Positions 28,740-39,553 of a stretch of DNA of 43,388 bases are shown in pieces. The notes beneath the pieces were generated by a model. That model was not told the origin of the DNA. It searched no databases and worked only from the letters and a program-made list of their open reading frames with translations. The number at the start of each line of letters is the position of its first letter. Position 1 is the first letter of the stretch. Position numbers and translations under genes: made by a program. Origin of the DNA: a virus (taxonomy: Duplodnaviria > Heunggongvirae > Uroviricota > Caudoviricetes); the IMG/VR virus record IMGVR_UViG_2698536418_000010; one strand, 5' to 3'.

Positions 28740-29885
28740 ATGGCACAGGGCTTGCCTGTATCAAACGTTGTTAATGTTGATGTGATCATGTCGCCGCGTG
28801 CAGCATCAGGGCGAAATTTTGGTGCATTACTCATTCTCGGCCCATCCACAATCATTCCGGTAAGTGAGCGCATTCGCCGTTATTCTGCCGCGGAAGATAT
28901 TGGAAAAGATTTTGGCGTGGAATCACCAGAATATAAGGCTGCGCAGGTGTTTTTCTCACAATCACCGAAACCTCAGGAGGTTTTTGTTGGTCGTTGGGTG
29001 AAAACGAAGGGAGACAGCGAACAGGCCACGCCTGAGACGCTGGAGCAGGCTGTGAATGCCATGCTTGATTATACTTCATGGTATGGGCTGGGGATTGCAG
29101 ACGATGCAGATATTCCGGATGCAGACTGGCTGCAAGTGGCTGCGGCGATCGAATCCTCTTCTGTAAGCCGTATTCTGGCGATTACGACAAGCGATGAGAA
29201 ATGCCTGCAGACTGCATCCAGAGATGATTTGGCATCAAAACTGAAAACCGCCGGATATTCACGCAGTTTTATTCAGTATTCATCGGGTAATAAATACGCT
29301 GCGTTATCTGCATTTGGCCGGGCATTCACGGTTAATTTCAATGGCAGTAATACCGCGATTACGCTCAAGTTTAAGCAGGAGCCGGGTGTCGGGTATGAAA
29401 CACTGACAGTCAGCCAGGCATCGGCACTTGATGCAAAAAACTGCAATGTGTTCGTGTACTACCAGAATGATACGGCTATCCTCCAGCAGGGAGTGATGGC
29501 TAACGGCGATTTCTTTGATGAACGCCACGGCCTGGACTGGTTACAGAATTATGTGCAGACCAGCCTCTATAACCTGCTTTATACCAGCACCACGAAAGTT
29601 CCCCAGACTGAAGCCGGTATTACCCGACTGTTATCAAATGTTGAAAAATCACTGGATCAGGCCGTTCAGAATGGACTGATTGCTCCGGGCGTATGGAACG
29701 GGGGCGACCTTGGCCAGTTGTCATCAGGTGACACGCTGCCCAAAGGTTATTACGTATACGCCCAGCCGCTGGATGAACAGGCACAATCAGAACGTGAAGC
29801 CCGTAAGGCTCCGGTGATTCAGGCTGCAATAAAACTTGCAGGCGCGGTTCATTACGCTGACGTACAGATTAACGTTGTTCGCTAA
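28740..29885 (+). CDS. Tail sheath protein (contractile tail)
   Basis: 381 aa immediately upstream of tube and chaperone genes. Confidence 0.8.
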   Translation: MAQGLPVSNVVNVDVIMSPRAASGRNFGALLILGPSTIIPVSERIRRYSAAEDIGKDFGVESPEYKAAQVFFSQSPKPQEVFVGRWVKTKGDSEQATPETLEQAVNAMLDYTSWYGLGIADDADIPDADWLQVAAAIESSSVSRILAITTSDEKCLQTASRDDLASKLKTAGYSRSFIQYSSGNKYAALSAFGRAFTVNFNGSNTAITLKFKQEPGVGYETLTVSQASALDAKNCNVFVYYQNDTAILQQGVMANGDFFDERHGLDWLQNYVQTSLYNLLYTSTTKVPQTEAGITRLLSNVEKSLDQAVQNGLIAPGVWNGGDLGQLSSGDTLPKGYYVYAQPLDEQAQSEREARKAPVIQAAIKLAGAVHYADVQINVVR

Positions 29886-29895
29886 GGGGAAGTGA

Positions 29896-30336
29896 ATGTC
29901 TACCTATTCTTTTATGGATGTCACTGCGACGCTGACCGGGCCGACCGGTTCGATTGACCTCGGGTACGGTTCGGCAAGTTCTGAAGAGGGGATTGTGGTT
30001 GCGATGGGTGGTCCTAAAAACACCATGACCATCGGTGCTGATGGTGAAGTGATGCACAGCCTCCATGCAGATAAAAGCGGGACGATTACCGTTAACCTTC
30101 TGAAGACATCACCGACAAATAAAAAATTGTCGCTGGCGTATAACGCACAGAGCCAGTCTTCTGCCACATGGGGGAATAACGTTATCGTGATCCGCAACAA
30201 GGTCAGCGGCGACATCATCACGGCACGCAGTGTTGCGTTCCAGAAACAACCGGATAACGCCAACGCTAAAACCGGTAATACGATGCCGTGGGTGTTTGAC
30301 TGCGGCAAGATTGACCAGGTTCTCGGGGAGTTTTAA
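29896..30336 (+). CDS. Tail tube protein
   Basis: 146 aa after sheath. Confidence 0.75.
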   Translation: MSTYSFMDVTATLTGPTGSIDLGYGSASSEEGIVVAMGGPKNTMTIGADGEVMHSLHADKSGTITVNLLKTSPTNKKLSLAYNAQSQSSATWGNNVIVIRNKVSGDIITARSVAFQKQPDNANAKTGNTMPWVFDCGKIDQVLGEF

Positions 30337-30339
30337 TAC

Positions 30340-30792
30340 ATGGAATTCGAAATTAAAGGCGTGAAATATCGCACGGCAAAACTCAGCGTTTTTGACCAGC
30401 TGAAAGTGACCCGCAAACTTCTGCCGGTGCTGGCAGGAATGATGTCAGATTTCGGGAGTATTCGCTCCCGTTTGCCTGCTGACGGCAAAATCGACACCGT
30501 GAAATTCGAACAGTTAAAACCGGTGTTTGAAACCATGCTCCCGCGTATCGCTGAGGAACTGTCTTCCCTGACCGAAGATGACACCGATGCGATTATTCAT
30601 CCCTGTCTTGCGGTGGTATCGCGGCGTCATATGGACGGATGGGTGCCGGTATTTACCCAGGGTGAACTGATGTTTGATGATATTGACCTGCTGGTCATGC
30701 TGCAACTGGTGGCGCGGGTGGTCGCCGATTCGCTGGGAAATTTTTTGCCTACACCCCTTACCAGCACGACGCAGAGCCTGCAACAGGGCTGA
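30340..30792 (+). CDS. Tail assembly chaperone
   Basis: Position between tube and tape measure; slippery heptamer near 3' end. Confidence 0.7.
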   Translation: MEFEIKGVKYRTAKLSVFDQLKVTRKLLPVLAGMMSDFGSIRSRLPADGKIDTVKFEQLKPVFETMLPRIAEELSSLTEDDTDAIIHPCLAVVSRRHMDGWVPVFTQGELMFDDIDLLVMLQLVARVVADSLGNFLPTPLTSTTQSLQQG

Positions 30793-30980
30793 CGTTTAAC
30801 AGCCTGCCGGACGGGCTGTCCTACCTTCTCAATCCGGTTGACGCCGGGTTAATTCCTTATACAGCACTTAAAGATGGCTCTGTCGATTTGTATGACATTG
30901 CTCTCTTGAATGACCATCTGGCGGTAAAAGCGGATAACCAGCGACGCATTGAGAAATGGAGAGAGGATAATGAACGCTGA
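30340..30980 (+). CDS. Predicted -1 frameshift product of tail chaperone (G/GT-like), shift at TTTTTTG 30741-30747
   Basis: Heptamer in-frame as T_TTT_TTG; -1 frame open from the site to TGA at 30978-30980. Confidence 0.45.
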
Positions 30981-32958
30981 AACTATTAAAGATTTCCTCG
31001 TCTCGCTTGGCTTCAGTGTGGATGATGCAGGAGCGAAAAAGTTCGGTTCTGTCCTCGCCGGTACAACTGCAAATGTCATCAAAATGGGGCTGGCTGTTGA
31101 AGGAGCTGCGCTGTCCGTGGTGGCCTTCACGGCTAAGATCGCCTCCGGCCTGGATAATCTTTACTGGGCGTCACAGCGCACCGGCGCGACAGTCCAGGGA
31201 ATTCAGTCTATTGGCTATGCGGTTTCGCAGGTTGGCGGCAGCGTGGACGCTGCGCGATCTTCTCTGGAAAGCCTCTCCCGGTTTATTCGTAACAATCCCG
31301 GTGCAGAAGGCTTTCTGAATCGCCTGGGCGTACAGACCCGTGATGCCAGCGGTAACATGCGTGACATGGCCGCTATTTTTACGGGCGTTGGACAGAAACT
31401 CAGCAGCATGCCGTATTACCGGGCTAACCAGTATGCGCAGATGCTGGGCATTGACGAAAATACCCTTATGGCGATGCGCCGGGGTGTGGGTGGCTTCTCC
31501 GGGCAGTACAGCGCAATGGCGAAAGCTATCGGCTTCAATGCTGACGAGGCGGCCAGAAGCTCCAACAAATTTATGACCTCCCTGCGTGAGTTTGGCGCGA
31601 TGGCAGGCATGGCCCGTGACAAAATCGGCTCTAATCTTGCGGGGGGGCTTGCGGGTTCGCTGGACACCCTGCGCCGCCATATCCTGGACAACTTCCCTCG
31701 TATCGAGCAGACCCTGACGAAAGCCATAAAAGGCATTCTGGCGCTCGGGGATATTATTGGGCGGCTGTTCTTCAGACTGATTGAGGGGACATCAGGCCTT
31801 ATCACCTGGTGGCAATCGCTGGATAAGCAAACGCGGGAGTTGATCTCGCTGTTTGGCGCACTGACGATTGCGCTGCGCATTCTGAACAGTACGTTCTGGA
31901 TGTCGCCGATTGGCCTCATTACCGCGCTGGCGGCGGGTATTGCCCTCCTGTGGGAGGACTATCAGACCTGGAAGGAAGGCGGCGACAGCCTGATTGACTG
32001 GGGCAAGTGGAAACCGGAGGTCGATGCCGCGCTGAAGATGGTTCGTGACCTTAAAACGACCGTTAACGACCTGGTGAAAGCGCTGGCGAAACTGCTCAAT
32101 ATTGACCCCAAATCATGGTCCCTGAAGTGGGATTTCAGCAACTTCATCGACCAGATGGGCGAATTCAGCAAAATGCTGAACATGATCGCTGACCTGCTCA
32201 ACGCTATCAAAGATGGCCGCTGGGCTGATGCCGTCAGCATCGGCAAACAGATACTTAATCAGGGCAGCGAAAATCCGTCAGCGATGCCGATGGTTACAGA
32301 CAGCGCTAACAGTACTGCCGACTGGATTAAAGAGCACTGGGGATTCGATCCCCGCAGTGTGGGCCGGACGGTACGCGGCTGGTTTGGTGATGATGAGCCG
32401 GAACAACATGCACAGGCTACGAAACGAGGAGAACGGAATAACAATCCGGGAAACCTTAATTTTGCTGGTCAGGCAGGGGCTTCTCTTGAACGCCCGGGCG
32501 GGCGATTTGCCAGATTTGAAACTGCCTTTGATGGATTACGGGCTCTTGCTCGTCAGTTAATGCTGTACGCTGGACGGGGAATAAACAGTGTGGAGAAAAT
32601 TATCTCTACCTGGGCTCCTGCGTCTGATAATAACAACACAACTGCGTATATCAGGGCTGTATCGCAACGACTGGGAGTGGATTCCCGGGCTGCCCTGAAT
32701 ATGAGCGATCCGCAAACCATGTCAGCATTGATGAGCAGCATTATCCAGCATGAGAATGGAAGAAATATCTATTCTCGGGAGCTGATTAATAAGGCTGCCG
32801 TGGCGGGAATTAGTGGCAAAGTGACAGAGGTTAACCAGCAAAATACCTACCACATTTACGGTGGCGGAGATCCGCACGCTGTCGGTAATGAGGTTGCACG
32901 TCGGCAACAGTCTGCAAATGCTCAGGTCATGCGAAGTAATCAGGTGAGGGTGGGTTAG
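30970..32958 (+). CDS. Tail tape measure protein
   Basis: 662 aa, helical/Ala-rich, conserved position; GGAGAGAGG RBS. Confidence 0.85.
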   Translation: MNAETIKDFLVSLGFSVDDAGAKKFGSVLAGTTANVIKMGLAVEGAALSVVAFTAKIASGLDNLYWASQRTGATVQGIQSIGYAVSQVGGSVDAARSSLESLSRFIRNNPGAEGFLNRLGVQTRDASGNMRDMAAIFTGVGQKLSSMPYYRANQYAQMLGIDENTLMAMRRGVGGFSGQYSAMAKAIGFNADEAARSSNKFMTSLREFGAMAGMARDKIGSNLAGGLAGSLDTLRRHILDNFPRIEQTLTKAIKGILALGDIIGRLFFRLIEGTSGLITWWQSLDKQTRELISLFGALTIALRILNSTFWMSPIGLITALAAGIALLWEDYQTWKEGGDSLIDWGKWKPEVDAALKMVRDLKTTVNDLVKALAKLLNIDPKSWSLKWDFSNFIDQMGEFSKMLNMIADLLNAIKDGRWADAVSIGKQILNQGSENPSAMPMVTDSANSTADWIKEHWGFDPRSVGRTVRGWFGDDEPEQHAQATKRGERNNNPGNLNFAGQAGASLERPGGRFARFETAFDGLRALARQLMLYAGRGINSVEKIISTWAPASDNNNTTAYIRAVSQRLGVDSRAALNMSDPQTMSALMSSIIQHENGRNIYSRELINKAAVAGISGKVTEVNQQNTYHIYGGGDPHAVGNEVARRQQSANAQVMRSNQVRVG

Positions 32959-33545
32959 TGGATATTCTCTCTACACTTTTTCATCAGCAGAGCAGAAAAA
33001 TAGGAATGATTGTTCCCAGTGTTGTTATTTCAGAGAAGCATACAGATATGCTTGAAATAACCGAGCATCCGGTAGAGGTCGGGGCCGCTGTCGCTGATCA
33101 TGCCTATAAAAAACCGTCAGAAGTGGTGATGGAGGTTGGTTTCGCCGGTGGCGGCGCATTGCTGGATTTTGCCAGTAACCTGACGGCTACCAGCCTGCTC
33201 GGCCTGAGTCCTCAGCAGACGTATCAGGAGCTACTGGATCTGCAGGAAAGCCGTATCCCCTTCGATGTGGTAACCGGTAAACGGCTGTACAGCAACATGT
33301 TGATCCGGGCGCTGGAAGTGACGACGGACAAGACAAGCGAAAACGTCCTGTCCGCCGTCCTCACCCTGAGGGAGGTCATTATCTCCCGGACACAGCAGAT
33401 TACCGTCGCGGATAAAACCAACATGAAGGAAGGGGCCAGCACGTCGGCGGTACAGAACAGCGGCAACAAAACCACAAAACCTCCAGATACTTCACTGCTG
33501 AAAAGCATCACGGGTAACGTGGCGTCATTACTGGGGGGCGGCTAA
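32958..33545 (+). CDS. Tail protein (GTG start)
   Basis: Operon position after TMP. Confidence 0.6.
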   Translation: MDILSTLFHQQSRKIGMIVPSVVISEKHTDMLEITEHPVEVGAAVADHAYKKPSEVVMEVGFAGGGALLDFASNLTATSLLGLSPQQTYQELLDLQESRIPFDVVTGKRLYSNMLIRALEVTTDKTSENVLSAVLTLREVIISRTQQITVADKTNMKEGASTSAVQNSGNKTTKPPDTSLLKSITGNVASLLGGG

Positions 33546-33847
33546 TGACAATTCAGGAAATTCCGCTGACAGCGGACAACCAGCAGTTCAGCATCGTCCT
33601 GGGTGGTGTCACCTGGCGGATTAGCATCATATGGCGCGATCTGTACTGGATTATGGACCTGCAGAACGACAGAGGGGAGCCGGTAATCTCCGGTATTCCT
33701 CTCGTCACTGGTGCTGACCTGCTGGCGCAGTACGCCTGTATGGGGCTTGGTTTTAAGCTGGTGGTGGTCTGTGATGACAACACACAGGATTACCCCACAA
33801 AAACTGACCTGGGCTGTCGCAGCCATTTACTGGTATCAACGGAGTAA
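33545..33847 (+). CDS. Small tail protein
   Basis: Overlapping stop/start. Confidence 0.55.
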   Translation: MTIQEIPLTADNQQFSIVLGGVTWRISIIWRDLYWIMDLQNDRGEPVISGIPLVTGADLLAQYACMGLGFKLVVVCDDNTQDYPTKTDLGCRSHLLVSTE

Positions 33848-33849
33848 GC

Positions 33850-34914
33850 ATGTCACAGAACTGGATGAGACATTTCGAGCTGCAGCTTGTGGACGGGAAC
33901 GGTCAGGGAATTGAGCTAAGTGATTTTAAAGTCACCTTTACGATCGACTGGTTCAACATCAGCAGCGCGTCCCGGGTAGGGACTATCAAAATTTATAACC
34001 TCTCGGCAGATACTGTGAACCGAATCACCGGGCAGGAGTTTTCGAAAGTGCGTCTGATTGCCGGTTACGACGGTATCGCGCCGGAGGTGTCGGCAAGCGA
34101 CGTCGGGACCGTGCGGGAAGTTGACGCGGCGGACGTGGGTCAGAGTGATGGCCGCAACTACGGACTGATTTTCAGCGGTGAAATTCGCTACTCGGTCACA
34201 GGAAAAGACAGTCCGGTTGATTCCTACGTCCTGATTCAGGCAGCAGATACTGATCTGGCTTTTGCCACCAGTATAACCTCACAGACGCTGGCTGCCGGTT
34301 ACACGGTCGCTGATGTAAACCGTGCGCTGATGAAAGACTTCGAAGCCAAAGGTGCGACCGAAGGCCTGACGCCTGAAATGCCTGCTACTGTATTCCCCCG
34401 GGGGCGGGTACTCTTTGGCATGACGCGGCATCTAATGGATAACGTAGCCGGGCAATGTGGCGCAACATGGCAATTCGTGGACGGTCAGCGCCAGATGGTG
34501 GCGAATAACGAATATGTTCATGAAGCGATTGTGCTCAACAGCGCTACCGGGCTTATTGGCATGCCGCAGCAGACTATCGGTAACGGCGTAAACGTCCGCG
34601 CGCTTATTAATCCGAACATCCGGGTTAACGGACTCATTCAGCTGGATCAGGCTTCCGTGTATCGTACCGCCTTGTCGAACAACGATATTGCGATGGCTGG
34701 TGGTCAGATCACCGACCAGAACACGGATGGAAATATCACGCTAAGCGGCACCACATCGCAGCCTGCCAGCATCGCAACGGATGGCGTTTATATTGTGCGC
34801 GGTATTATGTACACTGGCGACACAAGGGGCCAGGCGTGGTACATGGATATGATGTGCTTTGCTCGAGGTGCTAGTGATATTCCTAGCCAGTCAGCGATGA
34901 ATCGAGGTGCATAA
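33850..34914 (+). CDS. Baseplate hub-like protein (Mu gp44/P-like)
   Basis: 354 aa, position before gpV-like spike. Confidence 0.65.
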   Translation: MSQNWMRHFELQLVDGNGQGIELSDFKVTFTIDWFNISSASRVGTIKIYNLSADTVNRITGQEFSKVRLIAGYDGIAPEVSASDVGTVREVDAADVGQSDGRNYGLIFSGEIRYSVTGKDSPVDSYVLIQAADTDLAFATSITSQTLAAGYTVADVNRALMKDFEAKGATEGLTPEMPATVFPRGRVLFGMTRHLMDNVAGQCGATWQFVDGQRQMVANNEYVHEAIVLNSATGLIGMPQQTIGNGVNVRALINPNIRVNGLIQLDQASVYRTALSNNDIAMAGGQITDQNTDGNITLSGTTSQPASIATDGVYIVRGIMYTGDTRGQAWYMDMMCFARGASDIPSQSAMNRGA

Positions 34915-34916
34915 TA

Positions 34917-35642
34917 GTGAGCAGGCTTGCGATAACCACAATCGTATTTTCTCTTTTTTTAACTTCATGTAGTTGGGATCCTAATGGTGCTAAAGCGCAG
35001 GAAAAATGGCTATCCCAAAAAAATGAAGAAAAACAAGCGTACGATAAGCAAGTTGAGGAGAGCCAGAAAAGCAGGCTTCAAATACAGCGCGAAGAAAAGT
35101 CTCAATTTGAAGTTTCACATCCAGAGGTTATCGTTGCTGGTGTTGGGAACGAGCTTAAAAGTAAGGGTGCAGAATCTTTGCGAGATGCGTACAACAGCAT
35201 TCCATTCGTAACTCGTTATCCGGGAACCACGGACCCTAACAAAGTTTATACCTATGTCGGTGACTACAAATTAAATTTGCAACTGGTTAACACATCTGTG
35301 CTTTCTCAGATCTCAGATTGCAAACGCATTTCAGCGTATGCCGATGTTGATATTAATCGTACTTGCTTCAATCAAATTGGAAATGATTTGAGTTTGTTTG
35401 CATCTGTAATTAAAGACAAAAATATTACTGGAATTGCCAAAAAAGCAGCTCTACGAGATTCAACTTACGGAACCAAAATTGATTTTGGTCATGCTGCGCG
35501 TTTAGCAAAAATGCATGCCACTTTATGCCAAAAGCAGGGCGGTAAAGGATTTGTCAAAATGTCGACTGTAGCTGTGCCTTGCGGCTCTTCAGGCGATGTA
35601 ATTAACTATCGAAGCGCCGGTAAGATGGGGCTTATAAACTGA
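34917..35642 (+). CDS. Lipoprotein moron (241 aa, GTG start, lipobox LTSC), low GC
   Basis: Signal peptide + Cys18; roughly 42% GC vs about 55% in flanks; own terminator. Confidence 0.75.
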   Translation: MSRLAITTIVFSLFLTSCSWDPNGAKAQEKWLSQKNEEKQAYDKQVEESQKSRLQIQREEKSQFEVSHPEVIVAGVGNELKSKGAESLRDAYNSIPFVTRYPGTTDPNKVYTYVGDYKLNLQLVNTSVLSQISDCKRISAYADVDINRTCFNQIGNDLSLFASVIKDKNITGIAKKAALRDSTYGTKIDFGHAARLAKMHATLCQKQGGKGFVKMSTVAVPCGSSGDVINYRSAGKMGLIN

Positions 35643-35666
35643 AAAGATCAAATTAGTCACATAAAA

Positions 35667-35688
35667 CCCGCCGGATGGCGGGTTTTTT
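35667..35688 (+). terminator. Rho-independent terminator (cccgcc-ggat-ggcggg + T6)
   Basis: Perfect hairpin followed by tttttt. Confidence 0.75.
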
Positions 35689-35707
35689 GCTTTCTGGAGC
35701 CTACTAA

Positions 35708-36460
35708 ATGGCAGTATCTGACCAGACCCGCTGCGGCGACCTTGCCGAAACATTCAAATCTGAACGGGAAACAACAAAGAACCAGATCCGTGTCGCCTTG
35801 CCTGGCATTATTCAGTCATTCGATCCTGATGCGGTTACGGCAGTTGTGCAGCCTGCTATACGTTCGGTTGAAAAGGATAATGACGGCAACCGCATTACCC
35901 AAAATTACCCATTGCTGGTGGATGTGCCAGTGGTATTCCCGCGCGGAGGAGGCTGTACGTTGACTTTTCCGGTAAAAGCCAGGGATGAGTGTCTTGTCGT
36001 TTTTGCCGATCGTTGTATTGATTTCTGGTGGCAGAACGGCGGGATACAGGAGCCTGTTGATGACAGAATGCATGATTTATCGGATGCGTTTTGTATTGTC
36101 GGTCCCCAGTCGCAGGCGAGGAAGATTAGCGGTATTAATACCAGTGCCACACAGTTGCGTAGTGACGACGGCAGCACCTATTTTGAGCTTAATCCTGACA
36201 CCAGGAAAATTAAAATTGTCGCTCCGGGTGGTCTTGATGTGGTTGCCCCTCTGGCTGATTTTTCTGAGAAAGTAACCATTCATGGCCTGTTAACCTGGAT
36301 GGGTGGCATGGTGGGGTCTGTTGTTTCTGGTGTGGCTTCAAAAATCACTGGTGCTGTTGAGTTCTTGGGGAGCGTTAAGGCTAACGGCAAGTCAATCGAT
36401 GATACGCACACTCATGGCGGTGTTCAGCGCGGTGGAAGCAATACCGATGGGGTAAACTGA
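35708..36460 (+). CDS. Baseplate spike protein (gpV / Mu gp45-like)
   Basis: 250 aa; conserved order V-W-J. Confidence 0.75.
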   Translation: MAVSDQTRCGDLAETFKSERETTKNQIRVALPGIIQSFDPDAVTAVVQPAIRSVEKDNDGNRITQNYPLLVDVPVVFPRGGGCTLTFPVKARDECLVVFADRCIDFWWQNGGIQEPVDDRMHDLSDAFCIVGPQSQARKISGINTSATQLRSDDGSTYFELNPDTRKIKIVAPGGLDVVAPLADFSEKVTIHGLLTWMGGMVGSVVSGVASKITGAVEFLGSVKANGKSIDDTHTHGGVQRGGSNTDGVN

Positions 36461-36813
36461 TGCGATACAGACGTGAAGACGCCGATGGCGATTACACCTT
36501 TGGCAGCGGTGATGACACCTGGCTGATTAACTCACCGGAGGCCGTGGCGCAGGCGGTAAAAACGCGATTCGAATTGTGGTATGGGCAATGGTTTCTCGAC
36601 ACCACCGAAGGGACTCCGTGGATCCAGTCCGTGCTCGGAAAGCAGAAGCCGGAAACCTACAACCTGGCGATCCGTAAGCGCATCCTCGAAACGCGGGGCG
36701 TTAAATCAATCCTCTCTTTCAATACGACAGTGGATACCACGACCCGACGTGTCATGTTTTCCGCTGAAATCGACACTCTTTATGGAATAACGACTGTTAC
36801 ATCGGAGGCGTAA
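36460..36813 (+). CDS. Baseplate protein gpW / gp25-like
   Basis: 117 aa, overlapping stop/start. Confidence 0.75.
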   Translation: MRYRREDADGDYTFGSGDDTWLINSPEAVAQAVKTRFELWYGQWFLDTTEGTPWIQSVLGKQKPETYNLAIRKRILETRGVKSILSFNTTVDTTTRRVMFSAEIDTLYGITTVTSEA

Positions 36814-38012
36814 TGGCTCTGAACCTTGATTCTCTCGGTTTATCTGCAAAGGTAACCGCGGAGGGGATCAGTGCGCCTGATTATCAGACGATACTCAGCA
36901 CCCTGATTAGCTATTTTCAGCAGATTTATGGCAGTGATGCCTACCTCGAACCGGACAGCAAAGACGGCCAGATGGTGGCTCTGATGGCGCTGGCGATTCA
37001 TGATGCCAATAATATGGCGATAACTGTCTACAACTGTTTTTCACCGGCAACCGGCTATGGGGCTGCACTGACCAGTAACGTGAAAATAAATGGTATTTCA
37101 CGTAAAGGCGCGACGAACTCTACGGTTGATTTGCTTCTTGCAGGAACTGCCGGAACAACCATCATTAATGGCAGCGTGAAAGACAGTAATAATGTGATAT
37201 GGCGTTTGCCTGCTTCAGTAGTGGTCGGCGTGGATGGTACAGTGATGGCGACCGCAACATGTTCCGTCAGTGGTGCAGTGGCGGCGCTGGCTGGAACTAT
37301 CACTGAAATTAATACGCCAACCCGTGGCTGGGTTTCGGTAACTAATCCTGCTGCGGCTACTGTGGGCACTCCGGCAGAAACTGACGCGGAGTTACGTATC
37401 CGTCAGTCGCAAAGTGTTGCGTTGCCATCAATAACCCCATTTGAAGCACTGGATGGTGCTGTTTCTAATGTTACCGGTGTAACCCGCCACAAACTCTATG
37501 AAAACGATACTGGTTCGGAGGACGGTAACGGGTTACCGCCACACTCTGTTGCTGTAATTGTGGATGGCGGTGATGTGACGGATATTGCTCAGGCTATCAG
37601 AGGGAATAAAGGCCAGGGGACAGCCACTCACGGTACAACATCCGTTACGGTTCCGGATAAATACGGCAATCCCCATGTAATCAAATTCTCGCGTTCCAGT
37701 GATGTGCCTGTTTATGCCCGGATTAAATTAAAAGTTTTTACGGGTTATACCTCACAGATAGGGCAGCAGATCCAGCAGGCTATTTCCGACTATATCAATA
37801 GTCTGATGATTGGTGATTCGGTCCTTTTAAGTCGCATTTACTCACCGGCGAATCTTGGCGTGGTGAGTGGCGGGAATGCACGCTATTACGATATTCAGGA
37901 ACTGACGATTGGGAAATCCCCGGGGGCTTTGTCGTCATCAAACATTGATATCAGATACAACGAATCTGCGTCCTGTACCCCGGAAAATATCGTTATAACG
38001 GTGGAGTCATGA
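36813..38012 (+). CDS. Baseplate protein gpJ / Mu gp47-like
   Basis: 399 aa. Confidence 0.8.
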   Translation: MALNLDSLGLSAKVTAEGISAPDYQTILSTLISYFQQIYGSDAYLEPDSKDGQMVALMALAIHDANNMAITVYNCFSPATGYGAALTSNVKINGISRKGATNSTVDLLLAGTAGTTIINGSVKDSNNVIWRLPASVVVGVDGTVMATATCSVSGAVAALAGTITEINTPTRGWVSVTNPAAATVGTPAETDAELRIRQSQSVALPSITPFEALDGAVSNVTGVTRHKLYENDTGSEDGNGLPPHSVAVIVDGGDVTDIAQAIRGNKGQGTATHGTTSVTVPDKYGNPHVIKFSRSSDVPVYARIKLKVFTGYTSQIGQQIQQAISDYINSLMIGDSVLLSRIYSPANLGVVSGGNARYYDIQELTIGKSPGALSSSNIDIRYNESASCTPENIVITVES

Positions 38013-38689
38013 GCAAATACACCGAACTAATCACGAACTACCACGCCACTAAACCTAAATTTCTTGCGCATGTTGATCTGATGACCCGGCCGCTTATTGA
38101 TGTTGCGGCTGCCACCAGAGGGCTGATTACTGCATTTGATATTGACTCTGCGGTTGGTGTGCAACTTGACATTCTGGGATTGTGGATCGGACGTAGCCGT
38201 GTTGTCAGCCAGCCTATCTCAGGTGTCTATTTCAGCTGGGATACCGACGGGCTTGGATATGATCAGGGGGTATGGCAGGGACCATACGATCCTGATTCCG
38301 GATACATGTACCTCAGCGATGAAACTTATCGTGTCATTCTTAAAGCGAAGATTGCGATTAATAACTGGGATGGACGGAATGATTCTCTTCCGGCAATTCT
38401 TGACGCTGCAACAGCAGGATCCGGGCTGCGAATGCAGATAGTCGATAACCAGGACATGACGATATCGGTCTGGGTCTTTCCTGATACTGATATTTCAGAT
38501 GTATCGCGTGAGTTAATTGCGGCAATTAAACAGGGGTATCTCACAGTAAAAGCCGCCGGGGTATGGGCGGGTGGCATTGAAACACCTTCGGTGGAAACCC
38601 CATCGGAAGGCTCAAAATTTTTTGGTTTTGATATGGATAACGAATTCATCAGTGGTTTTGATGTAGGAGCATGGGGAGTATTACTCTGA
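38009..38689 (+). CDS. Baseplate/tail protein (Mu gp48-like)
   Basis: 226 aa, precedes tail fibre. Confidence 0.7.
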   Translation: MSKYTELITNYHATKPKFLAHVDLMTRPLIDVAAATRGLITAFDIDSAVGVQLDILGLWIGRSRVVSQPISGVYFSWDTDGLGYDQGVWQGPYDPDSGYMYLSDETYRVILKAKIAINNWDGRNDSLPAILDAATAGSGLRMQIVDNQDMTISVWVFPDTDISDVSRELIAAIKQGYLTVKAAGVWAGGIETPSVETPSEGSKFFGFDMDNEFISGFDVGAWGVLL

Positions 38690-39375
38690 TGGCGAAAAAT
38701 GACTTTAAAGCGTTTGCAACGGATCGAAATGCCAATGTTATGTCGCAGGAGGAATGGGAAGCGTTGCCTGCGCTTTTATCCGGATTTACAGCAGGGAAAG
38801 CATCCAGTGCGCAGGTGAACAAAGCCATTCGACAGGCCAGCTTTATTGCTGCAGCTCTGGCCCAGTTTGTAAGTGACAAAACGCAACGGGATGTGCTTGA
38901 TAATGGTGATCTGCCCGGTTTTGTTGAATTGCTTGGATCGGGGTTTGCTGTTGAATACCTGAGCCGCAAAAATCCGTTTGGCGATATCAAATCGGACGGC
39001 ACAGTGAAAACGGCTCTCGAAAACCTTGGTTTGGGAGAAGGCTCTGCATTACCGGTTGGGGTGCCTGTTCCGTGGCCTTCAGCCACTCCGCCAACAGGCT
39101 GGCTGAAATGCAACGGTGCCGCTTTTTCTGCTGAAGAATACCCGGAACTGGCAAAGGCTTATCCGGCAAATAAATTGCCTGATTTACGTGGTGAGTTTAT
39201 TCGTGGCTGGGATGACGGGCGTGGTATTGATGCTGTACGTGCCTTGCTAAGTCTTCAGAATGGAGGAGTGGAATCACACACCCACCAAGGGCAGCTCTTC
39301 AGAGTTAGTGATTATCGTACATATGTATGCAACTCGATGCCTGGGATGCTGAAACCAGTATCCCTGCCCTGCTAA
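38689..39375 (+). CDS. Tail fibre protein: constant N-terminal part + partial variable part, disrupted after codon …DYRT (about 39321) and fused out of frame to host-like sequence
   Basis: Residues from GEGSALPV… to …DYRT are identical to the minus-strand Sv copy at 42813-43310; divergent 17-aa tail; no tfa gene downstream. Confidence 0.7.
   Translation: MAKNDFKAFATDRNANVMSQEEWEALPALLSGFTAGKASSAQVNKAIRQASFIAAALAQFVSDKTQRDVLDNGDLPGFVELLGSGFAVEYLSRKNPFGDIKSDGTVKTALENLGLGEGSALPVGVPVPWPSATPPTGWLKCNGAAFSAEEYPELAKAYPANKLPDLRGEFIRGWDDGRGIDAVRALLSLQNGGVESHTHQGQLFRVSDYRTYVCNSMPGMLKPVSLPC
39022..39042 (+). promoter_or_regulatory. pix/gix-like recombination site inside tail-fibre gene (aaacc-tt-ggttt core)
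   Basis: Palindromic core resembling recalled Gin/Pin crossover sites; same core at 41482-41493 and (inverted) 43309-43320. Confidence 0.45.
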
Positions 39376-39449
39376 ATGGCGAACACTCTGTCCTTTACCG
39401 TACCCGTTACGATCAACAATCTGATGCCTGGATTATGCGTCTTGCCTGA
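39322..39449 (+). pseudogene. 3' fragment of a host gene (yebV-like), truncated at the rearrangement junction
   Basis: Open frame …[37 protein letters not shown] starting exactly where tail-fibre homology ends. Confidence 0.3.
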
Positions 39450-39553
39450 TCCAAAAAGAACCCGTCGGCATGGCGGGTTATTTGTCCTGGTTATTCCCCC
39501 GTTGTAAAATCTCTCCTAAACTTAACGGTACGGCACCACACTTCGGGGATGAA

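Noticed and set aside
31007-32907. Multiple ORFs on both strands inside the tape-measure gene
   Set aside because: Nested within a long ORF in a GC-rich region where spurious open frames are expected; no RBS or operon logic.
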